A stretch of 32,000 nucleotides of DNA from Kineococcus radiotolerans SRS30216 = ATCC BAA-149 (GTDB taxonomy: Bacteria; Actinomycetota; Actinomycetes; Actinomycetales; Kineococcaceae): positions 240,001 through 272,000 of the forward strand of contig NC_009664.2 in assembly GCF_000017305.1 (NCBI RefSeq), read 5' to 3'. The notes under the pieces are model-generated. The model saw nothing but the letters and a program-made list of their open reading frames with translations. It had not been told where the DNA came from and did no database searches. Positions 1 through 7,696 of this stretch are shown here, piece after piece. The translations under genes were made by a program, and so were the position numbers. Every line of letters begins with the position of its first letter. The stretch's first letter is position 1.

Positions 1-1280
1 CCGGGGGCGCGGCGCTGTGGACGGGGCACGAACTGCTCACCAGCGGGCAGGTGCCGCCGTCGGCGCAGTTGCGCCGCATCGCCGCGCTGCTGGCCCGCGC
101 CGACGGCGCTCCCACCTTCACCGACCACCTGCCCACCCTGGACCCGGGCCTGGCGGAGGTCGCCCAGACCGCGGCCGGGGCGCTGCGGGTGGGGATCGAC
201 GGCACCGGGTGGCTGCTGTGGCTGCGTCCGGAACGGCCCCGCCTCCTGGACTGGAGCGGGGATCCGCACCACGCCGAGATCACCCGGGTCGAGGGCCTGG
301 AGGTGCGCATCAGCCCCCGCAAGAGCTTCGAGAAGTGGAGCGAGGTCGTGCGCGGTCGCAGCACCACCTGGCGTTCGTGGCACGCCGCCACCGCGGACCG
401 GCTCCGCACCCAGGTCACCGGGATCATGCTGGGGCGCTCCCGCGGCCAGATCGCCATCGCCGAGTCCCTGCAGCGGGCCGTCGTGCTCGACGAGGCACCG
501 CACGTGCCCGGCGTGGAGGTCCTGGCCCGCTACCGCCCCGCCGAGGGCAGCCAGCTCGGCGGGGACTGGTGGGACGTGCTGCCGCTGGAGGCGGGGCGGG
601 TGGCCATCGTCGTCGGTGACGTGGCCGGGCACGGCGTGCACGCGGCGGCCGCGATGGCGCAGCTGCGCACGGCGCTGCGCGCCTACCTGCTGGAGGGGCA
701 CTCCCCCGCCTCCGCGCTGGACCGGCTCGACACCCTGGTGAGCACCCTGCTGGGCAACCACACCGCCACCGCCCTCATCGCCGTGGTCCACCCCGCCGGC
801 GACCACGCCGACGGCGGCGGCGTCGATCCCGGCCGCGATCCCGGTCCCCGCGTCGACGACGGGGCGGCGACGATCGAACTGGCCAGCGCCGGGCACCTCC
901 CGCCCCTGCTCGTCGACGCCGCCGGCACCAGCGTCGTCCACGTGCCGTCGCGTCCGATGCTCGGCCTGGGTTTCGGCCCCACCGCCGGTCTGGTCAGCGA
1001 GAGCGTCCGGGCTCCCCTGCCGCCGGGCGCGGTGCTGCTGATGTACACCGACGGCCTGGTGGAACGACGCGACGCCGGTCTGGAGGAGACCACCGGCGTG
1101 CTCGCGGAGACGGCCACCCGCGCGGCCGCGGACCTGCTCCCCCGGTCCCGAGGGGGGATGGCGGCGGTGGCGGACCGGCTGCTGACCGCCGTGCCCGGTG
1201 ACGCCGGCGACGACACCACCCTGGTCCTCGTCCGGCCGGCGCACCCCGCCGCGGAGCCGGCGGCCCGCACCGAGGGGTGA
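1..1280 (+). CDS. Bacteriophytochrome-type photoreceptor, C-terminal part (PHY domain) fused to a PP2C/SpoIIE-family phosphatase; the 5' end lies outside the window
   Basis: Frame 3 is open from nt 3, so the listed ORF 51..1280 is only the first in-frame start. PHY tongue motifs are W-S-G-D-P (nt 249-266) and P-R-K-S-F (nt 315-329). PP2C/SpoIIE motifs follow: GGDWWDV, VVGDVAGHG, MYTDGLVE, DDTTLV. Codons are GC3-rich. Confidence 0.8.
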   Translation, partial: GGAALWTGHELLTSGQVPPSAQLRRIAALLARADGAPTFTDHLPTLDPGLAEVAQTAAGALRVGIDGTGWLLWLRPERPRLLDWSGDPHHAEITRVEGLEVRISPRKSFEKWSEVVRGRSTTWRSWHAATADRLRTQVTGIMLGRSRGQIAIAESLQRAVVLDEAPHVPGVEVLARYRPAEGSQLGGDWWDVLPLEAGRVAIVVGDVAGHGVHAAAAMAQLRTALRAYLLEGHSPASALDRLDTLVSTLLGNHTATALIAVVHPAGDHADGGGVDPGRDPGPRVDDGAATIELASAGHLPPLLVDAAGTSVVHVPSRPMLGLGFGPTAGLVSESVRAPLPPGAVLLMYTDGLVERRDAGLEETTGVLAETATRAAADLLPRSRGGMAAVADRLLTAVPGDAGDDTTLVLVRPAHPAAEPAARTEG

Positions 1281-2029
1281 ACCGCACCGCGCCGCCGGAT
1301 CCGGCGGCGGACGGCAGCACGGGAACGGACCGGCGCCCGACGGGGGCGCCGGCAAACGGTGGGAGAACGGTGGACGGGAACGACGTGCGGCGGGGAGCGG
1401 GACCGGGCGGCCCGGGCGCGCTGGAGCGGGTGCGGGCCGCCACGGCGGCTGCCCACGAGCGCCTCGACGCCGGCCTGGACGTCCTGCAGCGCCCCTGGAC
1501 CCTCGACGTGCACCGGCAGTGGCTGTCGCTGACGTGGGGGCTGCTCGCGCCGCTGGAACGCGGGCTGGCCGCCTGGGCCGCCGCCGACCCCGGTGCGCTG
1601 GACGTGCGCGAGCGCGCCCGCGCCGACCTCGCCCGGGCGGACCTGCGCGAACTGGGCGTCGACGACGCCGAGCTCGCCGCCCTGGCCGAGTGCCCCGACG
1701 TGCCGGTCCCCACGACCCGCGCCGCGGCCCTGGGCGTCTGCTACGTCCTCGACGGGTCCACCCTCGGCGGCCGGCTCATCGCCCGGGCGGCGGTGGCCGC
1801 CGGGGTACCGCCGCGGGCGTGCACCTCGCTGACCGGGCGCGAAGGGTCCGGGCGGCGGTGGAAGGACACCACGGCCGCGCTGAACGCCGTCGACGACGAC
1901 GCCGTCGACGAGATCTCCGACGTCGCCACCGCGACGTTCACCGCCTACGAGCGGTGGCTGGCGCCCCTGAGCGCACGGCGAACTCCCCCCGCGGGGAGCG
2001 CCGGGTTCCCCGCCGCGAAACCCACCTGA
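1277..2029 (+). CDS. bphO: Biliverdin-producing heme oxygenase (BphO-like)
   Basis: Motifs LERVRAATAAAHERLD and LGVCYVLDGSTLGG are typical of short bacterial heme oxygenases found in phytochrome operons. GTG 1277-1279 overlaps the upstream TGA 1278-1280. GC3 stays high from 1277 onward. In-frame GTGs at 1370 and 1385 are alternative starts. Confidence 0.75.
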   Translation: MNRTAPPDPAADGSTGTDRRPTGAPANGGRTVDGNDVRRGAGPGGPGALERVRAATAAAHERLDAGLDVLQRPWTLDVHRQWLSLTWGLLAPLERGLAAWAAADPGALDVRERARADLARADLRELGVDDAELAALAECPDVPVPTTRAAALGVCYVLDGSTLGGRLIARAAVAAGVPPRACTSLTGREGSGRRWKDTTAALNAVDDDAVDEISDVATATFTAYERWLAPLSARRTPPAGSAGFPAAKPT

Positions 2030-2033
2030 ACGG

Positions 2034-2068
2034 CGCCGCGGGCCGGCGGGGGCGACGCGCCCGCGGCG
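2034..2068 (+). terminator. GC-rich hairpin just after the heme oxygenase stop (possible intrinsic terminator, no U-tract)
   Basis: CGCCGCGGG (2034-2042) pairs with CCCGCGGCG (2060-2068) around a 17-nt loop. The structure begins 5 nt after TGA 2027-2029. Confidence 0.3.
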
Positions 2069-2449
2069 TCTGCCGCAGCGGACGGGTCCCACCGGGCCGC
2101 ACGGCGACCGCTCACGCGGCCCGACCGTCCCCGCACCCCCCACCTCGACACCGTTCCGCTGCAGCGCGTCGCACGGTTCCCCGTCACGTCGAACCGGCCG
2201 TCGCGAACCGGAGCCCGTGTGAACCGCCTCGCCCGCACCGTGGACGGTCCGACCACCACCGCGGCCGCCCTCTGCCGCCACCGCGGTGCCTTCGCGTGCT
2301 TCCAGCGCGGACCGGACCGGACCGGGAAGCGCCCCGCGCGGACCCTCGTCTCACGAGCAGCCTGCCGGAGGTGGAACGGGGTGCGACCCGCGACGACGGC
2401 CGGCGGCGCTACGTTCGCCGTCGTGGGTGAACGGGACGCGGAAGAGCGC

Positions 2450-3256
2450 ATGGCCGGCGGCCGCAACGACGGCGCCACCCGAGCCGGGTCCACGGTGCGC
2501 CGGCGCACCGGGGAGCACACCGCGGGCGTCCACGCCCTGCTGCGCCACCTGCGCGCCGTCGGCTTCACCCGCGCCCCCGAGGTGCTCGGGATCGACGAGC
2601 AGGGCCGCGAGGTGCTCACCCACCTCGACGGCGAGACCGTCGGGGACCGCCGGCCCTGGCCCGCGTGGGCGCACGGCGAGGCGGCGCTGGTCGCGGCCGG
2701 GGAGTGGATGCGCGACTTCCACCGGGCCTCGCGCTCCTTTACCCCACCCCCGGACGCGCACTGGTTCGGCGACCACGACGAGCTGCGGGCCGGGGAGGTC
2801 GTCGGCCACCACGACGCCGCCCCCTACAACGCCGTCTGGCGCCCGGCCCCCACGGCCTCCGGCCCCGAGGACGGGCACCTCGTGGGCTTCGTCGACTGGG
2901 ACCTGGCCGGGCCCGCCGAGCCGTTGCGGGACCTGGCGTTCCTGGCGCTGACCTGGGTGCCGCTGACCGCCCCCGACATCGCCCGCGGCGACGGCTTCGC
3001 CCCCGGCACCGACCGCCCGCGCCGCCTGCGCCTGCTGCTGGACGCCTACGGCTGGCGGGGCAGCACGGAGGAGGTGCTGCGGGCCGTCCGCGAGCGCGCC
3101 CTGCAGCACGCCGACGGCCTCGAGCGGGCGGCCGCCGAGGGGTACGGCCCCGCCGTGGACCTGGTCGCCGAGGGGGTGGCCGAGGACTTCCGGCGGGCCG
3201 TGACGACCCTGGAGGCGGACACCCCGTGGCTGCTGGGCGCTCGGGGCGAGGAGTAG
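2450..3256 (+). CDS. Phosphotransferase of the aminoglycoside-phosphotransferase (APH)/kinase-like fold
   Basis: Catalytic-loop motif HHDAAPYN (HxDxxxxN), metal-binding FVDWDLAG, and an N-terminal GSTVRRRTGEHTAGVHALLRHL pattern common in this family. ATG 2450 was chosen. The in-frame GTG 2381 has a GGAGG (2367-2371) 9 nt upstream and is a real alternative. Confidence 0.75.
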   Translation: MAGGRNDGATRAGSTVRRRTGEHTAGVHALLRHLRAVGFTRAPEVLGIDEQGREVLTHLDGETVGDRRPWPAWAHGEAALVAAGEWMRDFHRASRSFTPPPDAHWFGDHDELRAGEVVGHHDAAPYNAVWRPAPTASGPEDGHLVGFVDWDLAGPAEPLRDLAFLALTWVPLTAPDIARGDGFAPGTDRPRRLRLLLDAYGWRGSTEEVLRAVRERALQHADGLERAAAEGYGPAVDLVAEGVAEDFRRAVTTLEADTPWLLGARGEE

Positions 3257-3277
3257 GCGGCGGGCCCGGGCGGGGTT

Positions 3278-4612
3278 TCAGGTCAGCGCGGGAGGCACGG
3301 GCTCGTACAGGTCCCCGCCGCTGCGGGCTGCGGAGAACAGGAGCCCCTGGGCGTGGCGGACCCCGAGGCGGGTCAGGGCGACGGCCTGCTCCCGGCGCTC
3401 GACGCCCTCGGCCACGACGTCGCAGCCCAGCCGCAGGGCCAGCTCGACCAGCGAACGCGTCAGCAGGTCGTCGCGTTCGGAGCGGCCCAGCGCCGCCACG
3501 AAGCAGCGGTCGATCTTGACCGTGTCGGGCTGGAACCGCTGCAGGTAGGCGAAGCTGGCGTAGCCGGTGCCGAAGTCGTCCAGGGACAGGTGGACCCCCA
3601 GCGAGCGGATGCGCTGCAGGGTGATGTCCACCTCCACCCCCGGCCCCGCCAGGCACGTCTCGGTGAGTTCCACGAGCAGGGCCTGCGGCGGCAGACCGCT
3701 GAGGGTGAGCGCCTCGGCGACGACCTCGTGCACGTCCGGTTCGCTCAGCTGACGACCCGAGACGTTGACGGCCACCCGGAGGTCCCCGGCCCCGGGGACC
3801 TCCCGGCGCCAGCGGGCCACCTGCGCGCACGCCTGGACGAGCACCCGCCGGCCCAGCGGCACGACCAGGCCGCTGGCCTCGGCCAGCGGCATGAACGCGT
3901 CCGGCGGCAGCAACCCGCGGTCGGGGTGGTCCCAGCGGACCAGCGCCTCGACCCCGACCCGGCGTCCCGTGGTCAGGTCCACGACCGGTTGGTAGTGCAC
4001 CACCAGTTCCCCCGCCTCGATGCCCGCGCGGAGCCGGCGGCTCTCGGTGAGCACCTCGCGGCCGCTCAACCCGGCGGCGGCGTCGGTGCGGCGCAGCTCC
4101 AGCACCTCGGCCACCGTGGGCGCCAGGTCGAGCAGGAGCTGCACCGCGTCGGCGTCGAACTCGCGCGGGGAGCGGTCGAGGACGCCCAGCGCGCCCAGCA
4201 GCAGCCCGTCGCGGCCGACGACCGGGGCGCCGGCGTAGGCGCGCAGGTGCTCCGGACCGGTGACCATCGGCAGTCCGGCGAAGCGGGGGTCGGCGGTGGC
4301 GTCGGGCACCACCAGCACCTGCCCGGGGACCACGTGGCCGGCGAAGGACAGCTCCCGCGGGACCTGGTGGTGCTCGTAGCCGACGAGGGCGCTCAAGCCC
4401 ACCACGGACTTGAACCACAGCCGATCCCGGTCCAGCAGGCAGATCACCGCGGCCGGGGCGTCCAGCGCCCGCGCTGCGGCCGCGGTGAGCGCGTCCAGCG
4501 CCGCGTCAGCGGCGGTGTCCAGGACCTGGTAGCTGCGCAGGGAGGCCAACCGCTCCGCCTCGCGCAGGTGCAGCGGCGCTGCCGGCACGTCGCCTCCCCC
4601 GCCCTCGTCCAC
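3278..4612 (-). CDS. GAF-EAL protein, probable c-di-GMP phosphodiesterase
   Basis: N-terminal GAF-type start (ERLASLRSYQVLDT). EAL-domain motifs appear intact: VGVEALVRW, DDFGTGYASFAYL, KIDRCFV, VAEGVE. GTG start at 4612; alternative GTG at 4588 preceded by GGGGGAGG. Confidence 0.85.
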   Translation of the reverse strand: MDEGGGGDVPAAPLHLREAERLASLRSYQVLDTAADAALDALTAAAARALDAPAAVICLLDRDRLWFKSVVGLSALVGYEHHQVPRELSFAGHVVPGQVLVVPDATADPRFAGLPMVTGPEHLRAYAGAPVVGRDGLLLGALGVLDRSPREFDADAVQLLLDLAPTVAEVLELRRTDAAAGLSGREVLTESRRLRAGIEAGELVVHYQPVVDLTTGRRVGVEALVRWDHPDRGLLPPDAFMPLAEASGLVVPLGRRVLVQACAQVARWRREVPGAGDLRVAVNVSGRQLSEPDVHEVVAEALTLSGLPPQALLVELTETCLAGPGVEVDITLQRIRSLGVHLSLDDFGTGYASFAYLQRFQPDTVKIDRCFVAALGRSERDDLLTRSLVELALRLGCDVVAEGVERREQAVALTRLGVRHAQGLLFSAARSGGDLYEPVPPALT

Positions 4613-4665
4613 CGGTTCCCGGTGGTGCCACCCCGTGCCACCGATCTTGACGGGCGCCGACGGCG

Positions 4666-4689
4666 TTTGTCACCCCTCAGGGGGACAAA
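4666..4689. promoter_or_regulatory. Inverted repeat in the divergent EAL/GGDEF control region (candidate operator or hairpin)
   Basis: TTTGTC(a)CCCC-tca-GGGGGACAAA. Arms 4666-4676 and 4680-4689 pair, with one bulged A. Confidence 0.3.
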
Positions 4690-4805
4690 GACGGGTTCCG
4701 TGCGCCCGAGGCCGCCCGGCGAACGGCCCCGCGCCGGACCTGCGCTTTGGAGCCGGACCCGGCCGCCCTCCCCGCCTCGTCGCTCCACGTCGTCCACCTC
4801 GTGCC

Positions 4806-4811
4806 GATAAT
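4806..4811 (+). promoter_or_regulatory. -10-like hexamer GATAAT placed for a leaderless transcript of the GGDEF gene
   Basis: GATAAT ends 6 nt before ATG 4818, which puts the predicted +1 on the A of the start codon. No Shine-Dalgarno sequence is visible upstream. A TTGAC is present further upstream at 4647-4651 but is too far away to be its -35. Confidence 0.3.
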
Positions 4812-4817
4812 CAGTGC

Positions 4818-6803
4818 ATGGGGAGCCAGCGAGGTCCGGGCCGCGGGCCGGTCGTCGTCGTCGCCGACTTCCTGGGCGCGTACTCCCTGCGCCTGATCCC
4901 CGGCATCCGCGAGGTCCTGCAGGCCCGGGACGTCCCGCTGCTGGTGCACGTCAACGACTACTTCACCCCCGGCGTCTCCCGGCTGCTGCGGGACATCGTC
5001 GCCGGAGGCGACCTGCGTGCGGCGATCGTGCTGCCGATGTCGAAGGCGCAGTCGCACGACGACCTCGACGAGCTGCTCACCGCCCACCCGCACGTGCCGG
5101 CGGTGGCCCTGGGGACCGCCTCGGGGCAGCGCCCCACGGTGCGCGCCGACAACCGCGCGGGCATGGCCGCCCTCGTGCGCCACGTCCTGGACGAGGGCGG
5201 CGCCCAGCGCACCGTCCTGGTCCGCGGTGTGCGCCACCACGTCGACTCCCTGGAGCGCGAGGCGGCCGTGCGCGAGGCCCTGGCCGAGCGGGGCCTGCTC
5301 CTGGAGGAGGCCCTGGTGGTCGAGGGGGGCTTCTCCCGCGACGTGACGTACGACGCGATCTCCGCGCTGGTGCGCGCCGGGCACCGCTTCGACGCGGTGA
5401 TCGCCCTCAACGACGAGATGGCGCTGGCCGCGGTGGACGCCCTGCACGACCACGGTCTGGACGTCCCCGGCGACGTCCTCGTGACCGGCTTCGACGACGA
5501 CGAGATGTTCCACCCCCGCTGCACCCTCACCACCGTGTCGCAGCAGCTGCACCACCAGGGCCGGCGGGCCGCGGAACTGGTGCTGGAACTCCTGGACGGG
5601 GCCCCACCGCGCGACGTCCTCGTGGAGACCACCCTGGTGCGCCGTTCCTCGACCGCGCGCGCCCTGTCCGGCGCCACGCGCGTCGCCGCCCCGGTGCCGG
5701 CGGGAGCGCGCCTGGACATGGTTCCCGCCGGCCAGGCCGCCGCCACGAACGCCGCCCTGGACATGAACCGCGCCTTCATGTCGTGCACCAGCGAGCAGGA
5801 CGTCCTGCGCGAGCTGGGTTCGAAGCTGCCGCGGTTGCAGGTCTCGCGGTGCTTCGTCGTCCTCCACGAACCGGGGTCGGAGGAGCGCCCCCGGGAACGC
5901 GACGGGCGCCTGGAACTGGTCCACCCCGGCGGAGGAACCCACCCGGGGGCGGAGGACGCACCCCGCTTCCCCGTCGCGGACCTCCTGCCCGCCGGGCTCC
6001 GCCACGAACTGGAGCACGGCACGTTGCTCCTGCAACCGCTGGGTGTCCGCGGCCACGAGCTCGGCTACGTCCTCTACGAGCAGGAGTCCCTGCTCCAGCA
6101 CACCGCCGAGGTCCTCCGGATGGACGTGAGCCTCGCGCTGGACACCATCGCCCGGCACCGCGAGCTGGAGACCACCGTCAGCCGCCGCACCGAGCAGCTG
6201 CGCCGCGAGATCGACGTCCGCGAACGCGCCGAGGCGGACCTGCGGGCGGCCAACGCCGAACTGCGCCGATCCCTGCACCGCGACGGCCTGACGGGCATCG
6301 CCAACCGCAGCGCCTTCGACGAGCACCTGGCGTGGGCCTGGGGGCACCACCTCGGTGACGGCGGCGAACTGTCCCTGCTGTTCGTCGACGTCGACTGCTT
6401 CAAGCTCTACAACGACACCTACGGGCACCTGCGCGGTGACGCGGCCCTGAGGGCGGTCGCCCGGGCGGTGGAGGCCTCCGCGCTGGCGCAGGGCGACCTC
6501 GCCGCGCGTTTCGGCGGGGAGGAGTTCGCCGTGATCCTCCCCGCCACGGGACCGGCGGGAGCCCTCGTCGTGGCCCAGCGGATGCGACAGGAGGTGCGCC
6601 GTTGCGCCATCGAGCACCGGGCCTCGCTCGTCGTGCCCTGGCTGACGATCAGCATCGGCATCGCGACCGTGCGTCCCCGCGCCGAGCTGCAGCCGCGCGA
6701 CCTCGTGGAAGCGGCCGACGGAGCCGTCTACGCGGCCAAGGCCGCGGGCCGCAACCGGGCGGTCGTCGCCTCCGCCGTTCCCGTCCGCCTCCCGCCGCGG
6801 TGA
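4818..6803 (+). CDS. Diguanylate cyclase with an N-terminal LacI/RbsB-type (type I periplasmic-binding-fold) ligand-binding domain lacking an HTH, a central GAF-like region and a coiled coil
   Basis: The N-terminus VVVADFLGAYSL...IALNDEMALAAVDAL...VTGFDD is typical of Peripla_BP_3. C-terminal GGDEF motifs are GLTGIANRSAFDEHL, DVDCFKLYNDTYGH, RFGGEEFAVIL and AVYAAKAAGRNR. ATG 4818 is the first plausible start within ORF 4635..6803. Confidence 0.85.
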   Translation: MGSQRGPGRGPVVVVADFLGAYSLRLIPGIREVLQARDVPLLVHVNDYFTPGVSRLLRDIVAGGDLRAAIVLPMSKAQSHDDLDELLTAHPHVPAVALGTASGQRPTVRADNRAGMAALVRHVLDEGGAQRTVLVRGVRHHVDSLEREAAVREALAERGLLLEEALVVEGGFSRDVTYDAISALVRAGHRFDAVIALNDEMALAAVDALHDHGLDVPGDVLVTGFDDDEMFHPRCTLTTVSQQLHHQGRRAAELVLELLDGAPPRDVLVETTLVRRSSTARALSGATRVAAPVPAGARLDMVPAGQAAATNAALDMNRAFMSCTSEQDVLRELGSKLPRLQVSRCFVVLHEPGSEERPRERDGRLELVHPGGGTHPGAEDAPRFPVADLLPAGLRHELEHGTLLLQPLGVRGHELGYVLYEQESLLQHTAEVLRMDVSLALDTIARHRELETTVSRRTEQLRREIDVRERAEADLRAANAELRRSLHRDGLTGIANRSAFDEHLAWAWGHHLGDGGELSLLFVDVDCFKLYNDTYGHLRGDAALRAVARAVEASALAQGDLAARFGGEEFAVILPATGPAGALVVAQRMRQEVRRCAIEHRASLVVPWLTISIGIATVRPRAELQPRDLVEAADGAVYAAKAAGRNRAVVASAVPVRLPPR

Positions 6804-7003
6804 GCGTGCCGCCCCGCTGACGGCCGCCCAGCCCTCCCGGGTGCACCGGGCGCCCGTCCCAGCCGCCCACGAGGTCTCCACGTACCGGCTGCGGGCGGCC
6901 TCGGTCCTCCCGTCGGAACGCTCCGGCACGGAGCAGCGACCGAGGACCGCGACGACGTGGGTGCGTCCTCACCGGCCCCACCGCGCACCTCGTTCCCTCG
7001 ACG

Positions 7004-7696
7004 TCAGGTGGACCCGCCTCTCCGTTCTCCCGGCCCGACGAGCCCGAACTCGTAGGCCGCGATGACCGCCTGCACCCGGTCGCGCAGCCCCAGCTTGGCC
7101 AGGATGTTCCCCACGTGCGTCTTGACCGTGGTCAGGGACAGGACGAGGCGTTCGGCGATCTCGGCGTTGGAGGACCCCTCGGCGAGGCAGCGCAGGACGT
7201 CGAGCTCGCGCGGCGTCAGCGACCGCAACCGGTGGTCCAGACCGTCGTCGCGCGCTTCCCCCGCGGTGGTCGGGAACTGCGGGGCGAACAGGTCGAGCAT
7301 GCGCCGCACGACGCGGGGCGCCACGACGGAACTGCCCGAGGCGACGATCCGGATCGCGTCGACGAGTTCGGTGGGTCTCGCGCTCTTGACGAGGAAACCG
7401 CTGGCCCCCGACCGCAGGGCGGCGAAGGCGTACTCGTCGACGTCGAACGTGGTCAGCACCAGCACCCGCGAGGACGGGTGCTCGGCGGCGATGCGGCGGG
7501 TGGCTTCGATGCCGTCCACCCCGGGCATCCGGATGTCCATGAGGACGACCTCCGGGGCCAGCGCGCGGACCTGCTCCAGCGCGACGGCACCGTCGGACGC
7601 CTCACCGACGACCTCGAGGTCAGGCTCGGACTCGATGACCAGGCGGAAACCCATGCGCAGCAGGGCCTGGTCGTCCACGAGCAGGACGGTCGTCAC
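7004..7696 (-). CDS. NarL/LuxR-family two-component response regulator
   Basis: Receiver motifs LLVDDQ and VLMDIRMPGVDG. C-terminal LuxR HTH LTPRELDVLRCLAEGSSNAEIAERLVLSLTTVKTHV. GTG 7696 overlaps the kinase stop (GTGA). The upstream 475 aa of listed ORF 7004..9121 were rejected as a shadow frame. Confidence 0.9.
   Translation of the reverse strand: MTTVLLVDDQALLRMGFRLVIESEPDLEVVGEASDGAVALEQVRALAPEVVLMDIRMPGVDGIEATRRIAAEHPSSRVLVLTTFDVDEYAFAALRSGASGFLVKSARPTELVDAIRIVASGSSVVAPRVVRRMLDLFAPQFPTTAGEARDDGLDHRLRSLTPRELDVLRCLAEGSSNAEIAERLVLSLTTVKTHVGNILAKLGLRDRVQAVIAAYEFGLVGPGERRGGST

Noticed and set aside
683-2281. Very long ORFs on the opposite strand or out of frame with the called genes. Examples: 683..2281-, 1198..2430+, 2739..4418-, 3353..4810+, 4677..6929-, 7780..9132+, 9129..10868+, 13770..15875+, 15586..17547-, 16161..18893+, 22761..23846-, 23600..24901+.
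   Set aside because: Their translations are dominated by Arg/Pro/Gly/Ala runs with no domain motifs, and each overlaps a gene with clear family signatures. Such shadow ORFs are expected in GC-rich DNA because stop codons are rare.
2030-2449. A 420-nt gap after the heme oxygenase. I looked for a small gene or an sRNA; the C-rich tract around 2140-2160 briefly recalled the C-rich loops of actinobacterial 6C RNA.
   Set aside because: No pair of stem-loops presenting C-rich loops could be drawn. Candidate frames translate to R/P/G-rich nonsense, and the apparent GC3 bias is not accompanied by a normal second-position composition. An Rfam scan would settle it.
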